Position numbers and translations under genes: made by a program. Of a stretch of 64,000 nt of DNA, positions 24,740 to 37,064 are shown piece after piece. The notes under the pieces were generated by a model that saw only the letters and a program-made list of their open reading frames with translations, was not told the DNA's origin and made no database searches. The DNA is from Takakia lepidozioides (Eukaryota; Plantae; Bryophyta). The stretch is from the NCBI GenBank assembly GCA_030704615.1, contig CM060731.1, positions 18,724,001 to 18,788,000 on the forward strand. The letters run 5' to 3'. How positions within the stretch are numbered: position 1 is the first letter of the stretch; each line of letters starts with the position of its first letter.

Positions 24740-26345
24740 TTGAAGCTCTTTTTGTAGTGTCTCCTGCTTCGTAATGCGGTGCTTCTCCATGTCCATTTTA
24801 TCCAATATGTTGATGTTCTCCACCTGGAACAGATTCACATATGTGTACCGAAATCCTTAAATAAGCAAATGACCATCTCCACTTTTATAAGCATCATCCG
24901 CAGCTTCCAGTTTTGATGATCATTTGGTTTTTTAAGTATTTATATACGCATGTGTGGATATGTTCCAGATGGAGAATATCAACGTTGGAAAAATAAGAGT
25001 TGGAAAAGCACCTCATTATGAAGCAAGAGACATTACAGAAGACCTCAGCATGTTGAACATGTGGATGAAGAACCTTGTCAATCGTCGCTTCAAGCGCTTC
25101 TGAAATGATCACATGTTTGTTGGTGGAAGCTGATTTCGTGGCCACATTGATCTCGTACCCATCGAAGACTCCCGTAGGCCACATGGAACGGTTCATGTGA
25201 TATATTTTCACAAATGCGATGTGATACATTTGTGAAATGGTATCACATCAACCGTTTAATGTGGCCAATGCACATCTTCCGCACCATGGCGGAAGTGTTC
25301 GCCACTTGAAGGCACAAACACAAATAATCCGTGCAAACAATCTCAAGAATCATATGTACTGCAAGGTGTTTTATACTGCCGACGTTCATGTAGCTGAATT
25401 ATTTAAGAATCGTTTCGCTACGCCCATGCCAACAACATCAGGTCCACTGGGACTACTATATTCCGAATTTGGTATCAGCCACCACGGACATGAAACCAAG
25501 AACTTCGCACAAAATCTCCAATTCATTCAATTTATGGTGGCTCGTGGCTACATCCTGCAAGCTGGCCGGGATGGCTTATACGTTCGCTTGAACATGACAG
25601 TCTCAGAGGACCTGAGGTTGTTGGCATGGGAATAGCAAAAAGAGTAATACACAATTCAACTAGAATAACAATAATAGCATGAAACACCTTACCGTAAATA
25701 TGATTGTTGACATTGGTTATGATAGCTCTAATCAATAAAGAACTCGCATCATCAGTTGCGCTCCTGCAGCAACACCGGTCCCCCAAGTAAATAAAGTTCC
25801 GTTGTAAATAATAAATTGCATACGCTCGAACCTCACAGATGTCATGTCAACAAAACTGGCCGTGTATTGTGTCACTGTTTGTAACTTCGAATGTTTCAAT
25901 GTTTCTGACAGGGTACTGAGAAAATGATATATTGGTTCCGTACGAGTTAGACAACAAACGTTCCATATCTCATTCAAATGTCGACACTACCATGAGTGGC
26001 ATGGATAAAAAAGTAATAGGTGTACATGCAACCTCCGGACGTTCAAGTAGACCATTCGCTGGAACTATTATCAAAGGTCAAACGTTCGGACTTCAGAGGT
26101 CGCATGTACCCCTATTAGTTTCCGATCCATGCCTCTCATGGTAGTGTCGCACATCCGACTGAGATGAGACGTTTGTTGTTTAACTCCTACGAAACTAATA
26201 CATCGTTTTTTCAGAACCCTAGCGAAAATGTTGGAACATTACAAATATAAACAATGAGACAATACACAAACCATTTATGTTGCGATGACATGTGTCAGGG
26301 TCGAGCATATGCAATGTAGTATTTATTATGAGACTTTATTTATTA
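24740..26345. repeat. Four consecutive imperfect palindromes
   Basis: Self-complementary units at about 24740-25050, 25177-25266, 25325-25730 and 25787-26345. Confidence 0.8.
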
Positions 26346-26594
26346 CATGCACGATCAAAATTGAGTTCTGTCTTCATAAAAGAACCATTGTACTGCCACA
26401 CATCTCATATCTACGAAACTATGGTCTACTCCATCATATATACGTCTTTCGGCTCAGTCAAATTGAAAGGCTTGCCTATGAACCGAAGTACTACATGGGT
26501 TAATGTGACTCTCTCATTCTTGTAATTATCGTACAACCTTTGTAACATTGAATGCTAACAACCTCTTGTAAATTGGTCATCGAACATACTTTGA

Positions 26595-27811
26595 TCATAA
26601 TGAGCACCGCCATTTATTCGTACCGTTATCTTCCCAACGGCAAAGGCCTCCGGTCGCGAGTTCCCGGTCCAGCTTGTCTTGGTTTTCAAACTGGTACGAC
26701 GAGGTTTTGCGTATGCCCAATGTGGTGGCTAAGCCCCAATCACACACCCCAATCTTGATCTCCTCGGTGCCATCTGGAAAATGCAACAAGATGTTGTCAG
26801 GGGACAAGTCGTTGTGCAAGACACCATTCTTGTGGATAGCATCCATGATGCACACCAGTGCCCATGCAAGGTTACTGCGCACTTTCCGGAAACGAATCAA
26901 GCGATCGCATTCCTGGAACTCTGTTTTTGTTCCCATTTGTTCCAAAATCACCCCGTTGTCTGAATCGTTGCCCCATTTTCTGTCAAGGTTCATCATGTCG
27001 CGTATTGTCCCCCTATTCCACCGCGAGTGTAACCTTCTACCTCACGTGCATTCACAGCAAAATATGAGATAACACTCGGATGCTGGAACTTCACTGCCAA
27101 ACACTCGTCGTTATGTTGTCTCAACGTCTTTTCTGGATTTTTGGACTTGGGGTTTTTTTCCCGCTAGCTCCCAACGCTCCGGTATTCTAGAATTGCCAAG
27201 AATCCTACACTGACAGACCTTAGCATATCCTCTTTCTTTGTAAGGGCCAATCTCTACCAACTTCGCAGTAGAGTTAAGGTAATAAAGACCAGTTGTGTCT
27301 CCCCCGCCCGATGACCCTGCCTTCCAAGGGACAACCCTAATCCGGCGATGTGAATTCTGACTTGCCGAGCAAGCCCAATACTCAACACGTCGCATTAACT
27401 CAGCTTCGGCGAGGGCACTCGACCTTCGGTTGTTCTACCCTTCCATGTCTTCATTAGCTGCCTCAAATTCCACGTGGTGTCTTTCGCCCTGCTTTGGATC
27501 CACCGATTGAACTTCGGCTTATCCCTGTCCGCCGTCCACTTAACCCCCGCCAAAGCGTTTGTCATTTTCCTCTCCATATTTTGCTAGAAAATCTGAAACC
27601 TCTCCCATCCATGCCTGACATAAGCACTCTCCAGCCTCATCATGTTCCTACCCTTGCAATAATCCACTACCACTTCTTTCACCATATCCAAGGCATCCGG
27701 TCCCGGGTAGTTTGGCTTGTTGACCTGGCTATCCCGCTCGTGGGCACGTTTTCTCTTCCTCTGACCCCCAGACGACCCCGCCCCAGAACTTAAACTCACA
27801 ACCCCCAACAT
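26595..27811 (-). pseudogene. Intronless protein kinase pseudogene
   Basis: GYAKV (degenerate Gly-rich loop), LAGK, HNDLSPDNILL catalytic loop, DWG activation motif; several stops and frameshifts. Confidence 0.75.
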
Positions 27812-28398
27812 TGTAGAAACCTTTGCCCACTACAAGGGACAAAACCTCAGAAAACGGCAATGGACGCGTGTGGATGGGTCTTCGTAGTTTCTGCAAAAAA
27901 ACAAGTCGCCGGAGATCCGAAAACGGCAAAATGGTGATATGATGATTGAATCGTGAACAAGGGTGTGAGACTGACCAATAGAAAACCGACAAAACCTCCC
28001 TCCCTCCCCCCTCCTAAATAATCACTTTTGCACCTCCTGTTGGCAATGCCAAGTAACGAAGTCTGAAAGGACTACATGATGCCAAAGAACTGCACCACGA
28101 GAGGGCAAAAGTAATCAGAAAAGAATGGGGGAATGGTTTATATAGGCGCCCACCAGCAGCCCTCTCCCAAAATGACATTATGCTTGAAAATGAGCGACAG
28201 GTCAGTGGTGTCTCGCCACGTGTCAGCGCAGCGCGACTGGCCAGTCGCATCTCGCCACGCGCACCCACATGGAGAGGTCAAGGGTTCAAAACCACCTCCC
28301 CCATCCCATTTGTTTCGTTTTTCCTGACCCGTGGCATCTCGCCACGTGGCTGGCCCAGGCGCCGCTTCATGATTTTAAAAAAAAACAAAAAAAAACAC

Positions 28399-29065
28399 GC
28401 GACCTCCGCATGACGGTCGCTATATTTATAAAACCAAGAAAAGCGACCGCCACATGGCGGTCGCTGTTTTTTAAAAAACAATATTAAATAAGCAAGATTC
28501 AAAATATAAATAAGCGACCGTCGCTAAATGGCGGTCGATTCATTTATAAATATATATTAAGTAAGCGACCGCCAAACGGCGGTCGCTTAATTTAAGAATC
28601 AAAATCAAATCGAGCGACCGCCTCCAAAAGGCGGTCTCTGTATTGTGTATTAACAAAAATAGCGACAGCCGCCAAATGGCGGTCGCTGCATTTTTCAAAA
28701 AATAAAATAAAATAAGCGACCGCTGCTAAATGGGGGTCGCTAAATTTAAAATATATATATAGTGACCGCCACATGGCGGTCACTGTATTTTTATAAAATA
28801 TATCAAAGATATAATAATAATATAATAATATAATAAAAGTACGAACGACCGCCAATTTGGGCGGTCGCTTCCTTTAAAACATAATAAACTTCGACCGACC
28901 GCCAATATAGGCGGTCACTTATTTTAAAATATAATAAAATACAAGCGACCGCCAATATGGACGGTCTCTTTAATGAAAAATTAATAAATTACTGGCAACC
29001 GCCAATATGGGCGGTCGCTTCATTTAAAAAATAAAAAATAATATGCGACCGCCAATATAGACGGA
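28399..29065. repeat. Array of 13 palindromic GCGACCGCC-N3-7-GGCGGTCGC units with AT-rich spacers (period about 50 bp); probable TE subterminal repeats
   Basis: Units counted at about 28399, 28443, 28514, 28565, 28614, 28662, 28716, 28762, 28846, 28896, 28945, 28996 and 29045. Confidence 0.85.
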
Positions 29066-29645
29066 TGTATTTTTTTTTAAGGAAATAATAAATATTAATA
29101 AATGGCCACGTCTGTTTTACACCGTGGCTGCCATGTCATTACAAAGGATAGAAATAAATCGTGAAAATCAAATGTAAAAAAAATTACATGGGTAAACGTT
29201 CGGATTCGACGTGATGTGACGCACGGCCGACGTGACAGCCGACGTGTCAGCGCCATGTCACGTCAAGAATGATAACTAGGCCTCTTACATAGAAGCCATG
29301 GCCACAAAAGTACTCGCCAGTTGTCACCCCACCGATGTTAATCAAATGAAAACATTGTACCAAAAATTCCATACCTACTTCCTGCAGGAAGACCGAAATG
29401 GGACTATTGTAGGTGAAAGACCTCGCCAGCTTGAGCAACTACAAAGAACCATCCAAATTGTTTCTGGGGGTACCTGATTTCTGACCCTCTATCAGAAATA
29501 ACAAGCCCTGATTGAAGAGATCTGTCCGCATAAGCCAAGTACTCCAACAACTGAACAACCATAAAAGAATGATAACAAATTAGCTCAGTGTTAAACCGCA
29601 ATCTAGGTTTGTTTGACGACAGATTAATGAGGACACAACTAATAA

Positions 29646-30093
29646 GAGCATGACCAGCAGTAGCGCATGAAATAGACACGCCAACGACATTATGCCAGCC
29701 CTTTTTTGGCCCGGAGCCCCTATAGTGTTGTGGCAGCTGCTGTGAAGGCTAGCAACATGGCAGCCTCCCACGGCAAAACCCCCCCCTATCGCTAGGCGCA
29801 AGGCTGAGACGCATACCGTTGACTGTGGGCCTTGCCACCTACCCCGCCACCCGTCAGCACATGTGAGGCCTATATTATGGCAGTGCGCGAGAATGCTCGG
29901 ATAAGACGGTGCCGTGTGGGTTTTCCGGGGGCGCCAAAGGAAGTGTAGATGGCGTGCGCAAAGATCGGGTTTGCGAGACGGCCGACATTTTAAGGTGTGG
30001 GCAGATGTTGTTGGGGACGGGAAGAACCCCGAAAATGCCGGCCACGCCAGTTTGAGGTTGACGCGTAAAAAATGACCGTTGTTGGCCATGCTC
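29646..30093. mobile_element. PIF/Harbinger (Tourist-like) MITE
   Basis: TAA TSD on both sides; imperfect TIRs GAGCATGACCAGCA / TGTTGGCCATGCTC. Confidence 0.75.
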
Positions 30094-31269
30094 TAAGGTA
30101 GATAAAGTAAGACCATTACCATTAGAACAAATGACACTACTCTCTTTCCACTTTTATGCCACTAAGTCCTTTATTTGTCTCTGTCCCCCTGGCAGGAAAG
30201 TGGTATAAAGAGAGGTTGGTACCCACTCCTCAATTTCCTTATCAACCTCAAGTTCTTCCATTATTCCATTCAAGACTTTTGCTGTACCCAAATTATTGGA
30301 GAAAGAAATGTCATTTTCTACATGACACTTTCGTCCTCAGAAACGAGTAGCACGTTTGTCTCGATGTAATTCAGCAATTACTGCCCAAAACCTGAATGGG
30401 AGAGCACACTACTCGGTTTAGTATGGTATCATATCCTCATCTTCACTTTGTGCAACAATCAATTCACATCGGACACAATTTCTTCTTGGAAAGCAGAGAT
30501 GTTATAATTTTTCATGTGGCTGTTTGTTCTATGTCACGCTCCAGTATGGTGCTTTCCAGTAAGTCGGGTTGCTCCAGAGTAAGAGAGCAACGTATCTACT
30601 TCCTCAGGATAGAAGTACACATAAGACAAACATAGCTTGGCTGTTGAGTCGTCTTCCAGATGTTGCCGCGCCTGCTCGTCTCCTATAAAGGAAAACAGGT
30701 CGTTGATATAGATCTTGATGCGATTGAACAAATCACCACTTGCATTCAATGCTATCACATATATCTCCATACACTTCTGCCTCCAGCAACACGACTTCTT
30801 TACTCGGTTCAAAGCTTCAAATCAGTCCAAGTCTACGAGAAAATTAGACATCCGTAGGTTTCGCACTCGGAGATGCAACACTCTTGGATGAATTATTGGG
30901 TTTTTTATTCAAATTATGCATGTTTAACATGTAGTTAATAACAATCTTGACATGTTGCTGGCAATGCATGTCAGAGACCGACTTTGTGCAATGAGCAGCC
31001 TGCCAGAGAGAGTTGGTCACTAAGAATAGACTTGTAGTGAGAGTGGAGATCAGTAGCAAGAGTGGAGTTGTGGCTGAAAATAAGTTAGAGATAGAATTGT
31101 ATATACTTGGTGGGTCTCGGGTTTGGAGTAATTGGAGAACATGCTTCACGACGGTGGTGTTGGTGCAGTTGGAAGATGGTTGAGTATAAAAGATCTAGTT
31201 TTAGGCATCCAGACATACGTGACATTGTATCATTGGTAAGAAAATGAGGAGACATGTCATCTATTTCTG

Positions 31270-32850
31270 GTGCTGATCAACATATGAGATATTTGTCTGT
31301 ATGATTAGCAGTTTCTTGTGGATCACAAAATGAGCCTTAAGTTTGTTTTGGAGGGAAAATTCTGTAAGCAGATGATCTGTTTTTTTTTTTCATTGTGTAT
31401 TTTTATCTTATGTCCGGAATTTATGAACTTCTTAAACCGTGGTATTATAGCTGAATTATCACTAAAGCAGCATTTGTGCATTTTCAGATGTTTGTGATTT
31501 ATTCTTTATAGATGGTTTCCTGCTCTCAATAATATACTGATGTAGCATTATGATAACTAAGCTAGGAGAATCATTCTGAAAGACATTCAACCTGCTCAGT
31601 CGAAAGATATAAATGTTAAAAGATGAGAATTTAATAATGTGACTTTGTATTTTCAGTACTTTCAAGTCTACAGGGTTTGTATCCTACTAATGATTTCACA
31701 CTACCACAACATCCGAGTGTAACATTAGGATAGTCGAGTTGAGAGAACATTTGTGGGTAACATTCATCCATTCCAGCAAAGAGATATAGATTTAGAAGAT
31801 GTTAGTTTACCACAGTGGCAGCCTGATTGGTTGCGACTGTTGTGTTTGGTGCCGTAGTAGCAGCGACATGGTGCGTCGTCGACCATCCAGATCGCTTCTC
31901 TTGACGTCTTTCGAACAAGCGATTATCGCATACAATGACTTGGGTGATAAATTCGCTCGGTGTACTCACGTTTGACATTGTCAACAACAAATCTTTTACA
32001 TCATCTTTAGGCCACATCGAAACTGACTAATGAGACTCTTATCATTCCAGGCGAGGTCGCACGCAAGTTGTCGAAATTTGGCAGCATAAACGGAAGCTGG
32101 ACGTGCTCATTTTCGAAGATTTCGCATCTTTGTCTCTTCAACTCTTTCTCTATCATTCTCTCCAAACGTTGCAGTGAACTCGGACATGAACGCTTCAAAA
32201 TTGTATAGTAAATGCGAATTTTTCTCATAAATGAAATCACTTTGTCGTATATTTGGAATCTAGAATCATAATATTATTGGGCTCTTGGTTGGGAAGCCTG
32301 CAGATCAGTATATGAGATACTTGTATGTATGATTAGCAATTTTTTATGGACCACGAGGTGAGTCTTAAGTCTGAAATTTAACTAGCAGTTGATCTGTTTT
32401 TCTTTTTCATTATGTATTTTTTTTATCCTATGTCTGGAATTTATGAACTTCTTAAACTGTGGTATTATAGCTGAATTATCACTAAAACAACATTCGTGCA
32501 TTTTCAGAGGCTTATGATTTATTCTCTATAGATGGTTTTCTGCTCTCAATAACATACTGATGTAGCATTAAAAAAAACCTAAGCTAAGAGGATCATTCTG
32601 AGAAGCATTCAACCTGCTCAGACGAAAGATATAGATTTTAAAAAATGAGGGTTTAATACTATGACTTTGTATTAAATGCAGTGCTTTCAAATGCACAAGG
32701 TTTATCTTCTACTGATGATTTCACACTACCACGTACATCCTAGTGTAACATTAGGATAATTGAGCTGGGAGAACATTTGTTGGATAACATTCAGCCATTC
32801 CAACAAAGAAATATAGATTTTAGAAGATGTTAGTTTACCACAGTGGCAGC
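31270..32850 (+). repeat. Diverged direct duplication of about 550 bp (31270-31822 and 32300-32850)
   Basis: Colinear similarity ending in GTTAGTTTACCACAGTGGCAGC in both copies. Confidence 0.85.
31826..32012 (-). mobile_element. Chromovirus gag fragment
   Basis: KDDVKDLLLTM...FITQVIVCDNRLFERRQEKR resembles the C-terminal part of Tcn1-like gag. Confidence 0.6.
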
Positions 32851-34889
32851 TTGACACAATTTTCATTTTCCCAGAGCTAAACTTAGTATTTCATAGGATA
32901 GGGGAACGAACATAATAGTTGTTTGGTTTTTTTTTGTGACTGACATGATTAGTTGTTCTACTTCGACTAAATCAATCTTTGTTACAATATTTTTTTATCG
33001 TAAAAGCCTTTATGTTTTTCCGTCTTTAAGGCCTTAGACCAGAGGGCAATTGCAACATCGTCAACGACGCTCTCTGTCAGGTTTATAGTCTGTGTTGATT
33101 CTGCATGTACATTTGATCTGTGTTTTTTTTAGGTGATTTTTTCAAAGTTATGATTTGGATTTGTCATTTATTAGTCTGCACGCTCCATAACTCAATGTCT
33201 ATTATAAGACAACGAGGGTCGTCTGCATGTTAGAGATCCAGCCCAAACGGAGTTGAGATCCCAAGTTGGTACATCTAGTACTTCTTTGATTTGATTTGGT
33301 CCATAACTCTCGAGTCATTAGGGGACAATTAATACAATTATCAAGTACATCAAACTTTATTATTGAAAATTTTGTGTGGGAAGTAAAGGAAGAATGTAGA
33401 TAATTCTCAATTGCTTCACACAAGCACAATGTATGTGGCGGATCTTTTCTTACTTTGTGCTTACAAATCAAATCAATTCATATGGTGAAATGACATTGCT
33501 TCCATGATTGCCAAGCTAACACCTTGGCTCAGTCCCACATTTCGGCAGTGAGCCATGGGAACGAGGGTTTTTTTTTTATTGAAATGGTCGTATATGGGTG
33601 GGTGAACGCAACCTACGGTGGCTCAGTGATGACCAGATCATGAATCCTTGAGAATACACAACATTTTCTTAAAAAGTTTAAAAACTGAAAATGCAATGCA
33701 TTGACTAAGAAAGTAGATGGATGTATAAGGCAAATTTATTTTAATAAAAGAATTGTGATTAGATTAAGTTGTCGAAATTAAAAAGTCAACCTTAAAGTCT
33801 AAACCATAAACCCTAAACCTCTAATTAAAAACATCCATGTCTTTCTTGGCGGTCCTGGGTAATAGGCAAAGGTACCTTTTCAATGAAGGGAGTTTCTATA
33901 ATTCATTCATTTTCCTCTTATAAGACAATCTGAAAATTCACTGCTTTTTAGGGTACTTAAAAATACATGAAATTTATATAATTGAATATTAATATATTAG
34001 ACTTGTCATTTTAGTTTCTTTAAAAAAGCACCCCCTTATAGTGAGTCCCATTTTTCATGTTGATTTGTAATTGGAAAGAAAAAAATCCATAACGATAAAA
34101 TTTTTGTAGTGTTACATTTCTTTATGGACTTTTTCAAAAGTTCAATACTTCTAGATATTTATGATTTGTTTGGTGAGGCTTGAAAGATGGTTATGTAGAT
34201 GTATATAGAATACCCTTTCTGAGTCCCATTTGATTATTTTCACTGAATGAAATGAATATAAGTCAATAGAGAGTAAGTATGTAATGCAAAAATGATGCTG
34301 TTACAGCAAAAGTGAGCCACCATAGTCTGCTTTCACCCGGGTAGAAGGCTCTCATAACCCCTTTGATTTGATTTGGTCCATAACCGCTGAGTCACTAGGG
34401 GACAAAATTCGAAATGGTTGAATGTTTGAGTCTGGTTAATGGGGTTTGGGGCGATTATACTCACTCAGTGAAGGGGGGAACAATTATATTCTGTATGAGG
34501 AATAAAGGATCTTCAGATAGATATATAAAAACTAAAATATTTATTTTTAAAAACAAATTCTTTATATACCAAAAGGAATGATAAAGCAATGACTTTTTTT
34601 AGATTTTTATATATATATTTTATTTATTTGTTATTATTGTTATTATTATTGTCTGTGGTCATTTTGGGTGTAATAACAGGGCCAGGGTTGGTCATAGGAG
34701 ATACTCACATTGTACCTTTTTCTACTTATCCTCCAATAATATATATATACTCACACATAAAGTGTGCATAGAAATAATGTACCTTCCAATTAGATAAATA
34801 AAGATAAAGTTACTTTAACTTCCAGTGAATTTACAGAGCCTACTGCTCAACACAGAGGCCATCGAGGGCCCAATGGACTGTCCGAAGGC

Positions 34890-35065
34890 ATATATATATA
34901 TATGACGCCAACCGAAGCTAGCGTAAATAAGAGCCTCTTCCCCTTGTGGGTACTGCCCCTTTGGGGGGTGGCCTCTATGTCTGAAGGCACATGTTGAAGG
35001 GTCGAACCCAGGATCACCTAGGATCACCTAGGTTATGGCCCCAAACACCCAACCACTCACGTGGA
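34890..35065 (-). mobile_element. tRNA-derived SINE with a structured 3' body
   Basis: GAGTGG A-box part, GGTTCGACCC B-box, shared three-way-junction body, (TA)n tail. Confidence 0.6.
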
Positions 35066-35281
35066 GATCTCCCAAACTGAAGGGTCTTTGGCCACAATTG
35101 GAAAGCCCTCGATGAGTAGGGTGGACCCAGAAGGGAAAGGATAAGTAAAAACATTTACCCCTTCGAAGGGTAAGGTTAAATAAAAAGGGTACATCCGAGA
35201 TTTATCTCTACCTTGATTTATCCTCCGGGCAAACTACCATCCTGATGATAAATGAGCTATCCACACAACACTGGTTAGAAC

Positions 35282-36065
35282 CAGTGTTGTGCGGGTCCGG
35301 GTTTGAAGCCGGGTACCCGGCGCGTTAGGATCCAGGTTACCCGGACTCTTGCTATCACAAAAAACCCAGAACCTGACCCGGGTTCATTTCTAAAATGAAC
35401 CCCGACCCGGAGCCGCCTGCTGGGTCCAGAACCCCTTAAACCCGCTATCCGCGGGCCAATTTAGCGGGTCCGGGGGTCTTAATTTTAGATGGGGCATGCG
35501 GGGTCCACCTTAGATTTGGTAGGTTTTGTCATATGTGTGGAGAGGATAGGCCACTGCAGCAGCCAACCCCACCACGTTATAGCCCAGTGGTAATGCCCAC
35601 ACAACACCTCAAAAGCGGTTGTGGGTTCAATCCACGGAGTGGTGTCACAAAGTTGTGCCCTATGGGACCATAATTTACACCTCCCAAAGGAGGCGTCATA
35701 TATTATTATTAGGCCAGATCCCACACATCCATGCTATAGTGATCTACCTTGAGGCATATTACTATTCTTAACATGTTTAAAGAATTGATATTGAAAAATA
35801 GAAAATGGAACTCAAACTTCTATTTTAATTCTTATTCGTGGTATACATATTCATATTTTGAAGGAATGTCTCTTAAATTAAAATTCATTATTAGGATTTA
35901 AAGTTTTTTCCAGCCAAAAATAATTTTATCCCTAATTAATTTTATTTTTCTAATTTATTTAATCAATAAATTAGGACCCGGATCCGAACCCGCTAATATT
36001 TCCCAACAACTACCCGGACCCTGACCCGGCGGGTTCCTAAAAAAGGCAGAACCCGCACAACACTG
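35282..36065. mobile_element. hAT-type MITE with a nested SINE (35565-35705)
   Basis: 8-bp TSD GTTAGAAC (35274-35281 and 36066-36073); TIR CAGTGTTGTGCGGG; ACCCG subterminal motifs. Confidence 0.85.
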
Positions 36066-37064
36066 GTTAGAACCAACCTAAGTTTTTTGTCAAATACCCA
36101 AATCACTTTCATGATGAGGTAAAAAGGAGACAGCCCTAGTAGTGAATATTGTCGCAGAACGCGCGGTGGGTAAGTTAAGTAGTGGAGCGTGTGAGAATGT
36201 GGACTGTCTTGCCTGCTTTTGCATGCACAGCCATGGCGGCTGCATGCGCTCGCTTGCTTGCGCCGCTACCCACATCCAAGGCCCTATCTTCTGAGCGGGC
36301 AGGAGGTCCTCCATCATGCAGCAGATTAGCGGGCCAGCATAGGGAGCTGGCAGGATCGTCGTTCAGCTCATTCTCTAGACCCTTGCTAGTGATGGCTATG
36401 ACGCCTTCGAGTTCCCAGCTTTCAGGGAAACCGGGAAAAGGTGTGAAAATGTGTGATTAATTTTGCGATTCTCTAAACAATCAAGACCCCTCCACCAGGA
36501 ATTACTCCCATTTTGATCGAAGGAGTTCAATTTTTGGTGGTGATAATCTTGCCACCCTTCCATCATTACGAGAGAGAGAGAGACGTTCACAACGGGAAGC
36601 TCAAAGGGAGAGAGAGAGACCTATTCACATGGTTTGCCTGCAGACCGGTGGGCTAGCGTGGATTTTGGGGAATACCTACCGGGTATTCTTAGCGGTTCAG
36701 AATTGTTACAGGGCTCGTGCAATAAGTGCAAGCATTTTGAGCTCTATCCTGACTAGAGAGCTAGTGTCACCCACATGGCTGTCCTCTAGAGTCAGCTGTA
36801 GGGTTCCACTCCCCCAGGTCGTACTGTGCTTTGCTCGAAATGCCCCCTAGGAATCTGGTGATGTACATTTCATGCTCGAATGCAAAAGGTGGATTCGATC
36901 CTCAATCTGACCACAGCTGTGAGACTGCCAGTCACACACTGGCTAGGAAAAGACAATGGTCAGACAGAGACTGGTATACTTCGTGGAAAGCCTCTGTTCC
37001 TCAACCTATTTCATGCAATTAGGACCTGCCTGCTAAAACACCCATGTTTGTTGTTTGCATGCAG

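Noticed and set aside
25237-25786. Two similar ORFs on opposite strands (PMPTTSGPL)
   Set aside because: The similarity follows from the DNA palindrome; no protein family recognised.
18660-27843. CACTACAAGGGACAA at about 18660 and 27829 as CACTA termini
   Set aside because: Both are in the same orientation with no subterminal repeats or TSD; could be chance.
28399-29065. CRISPR array
   Set aside because: Eukaryotic context, no cas genes, variable repeats and low-complexity AT spacers; fits TE subterminal repeats better.
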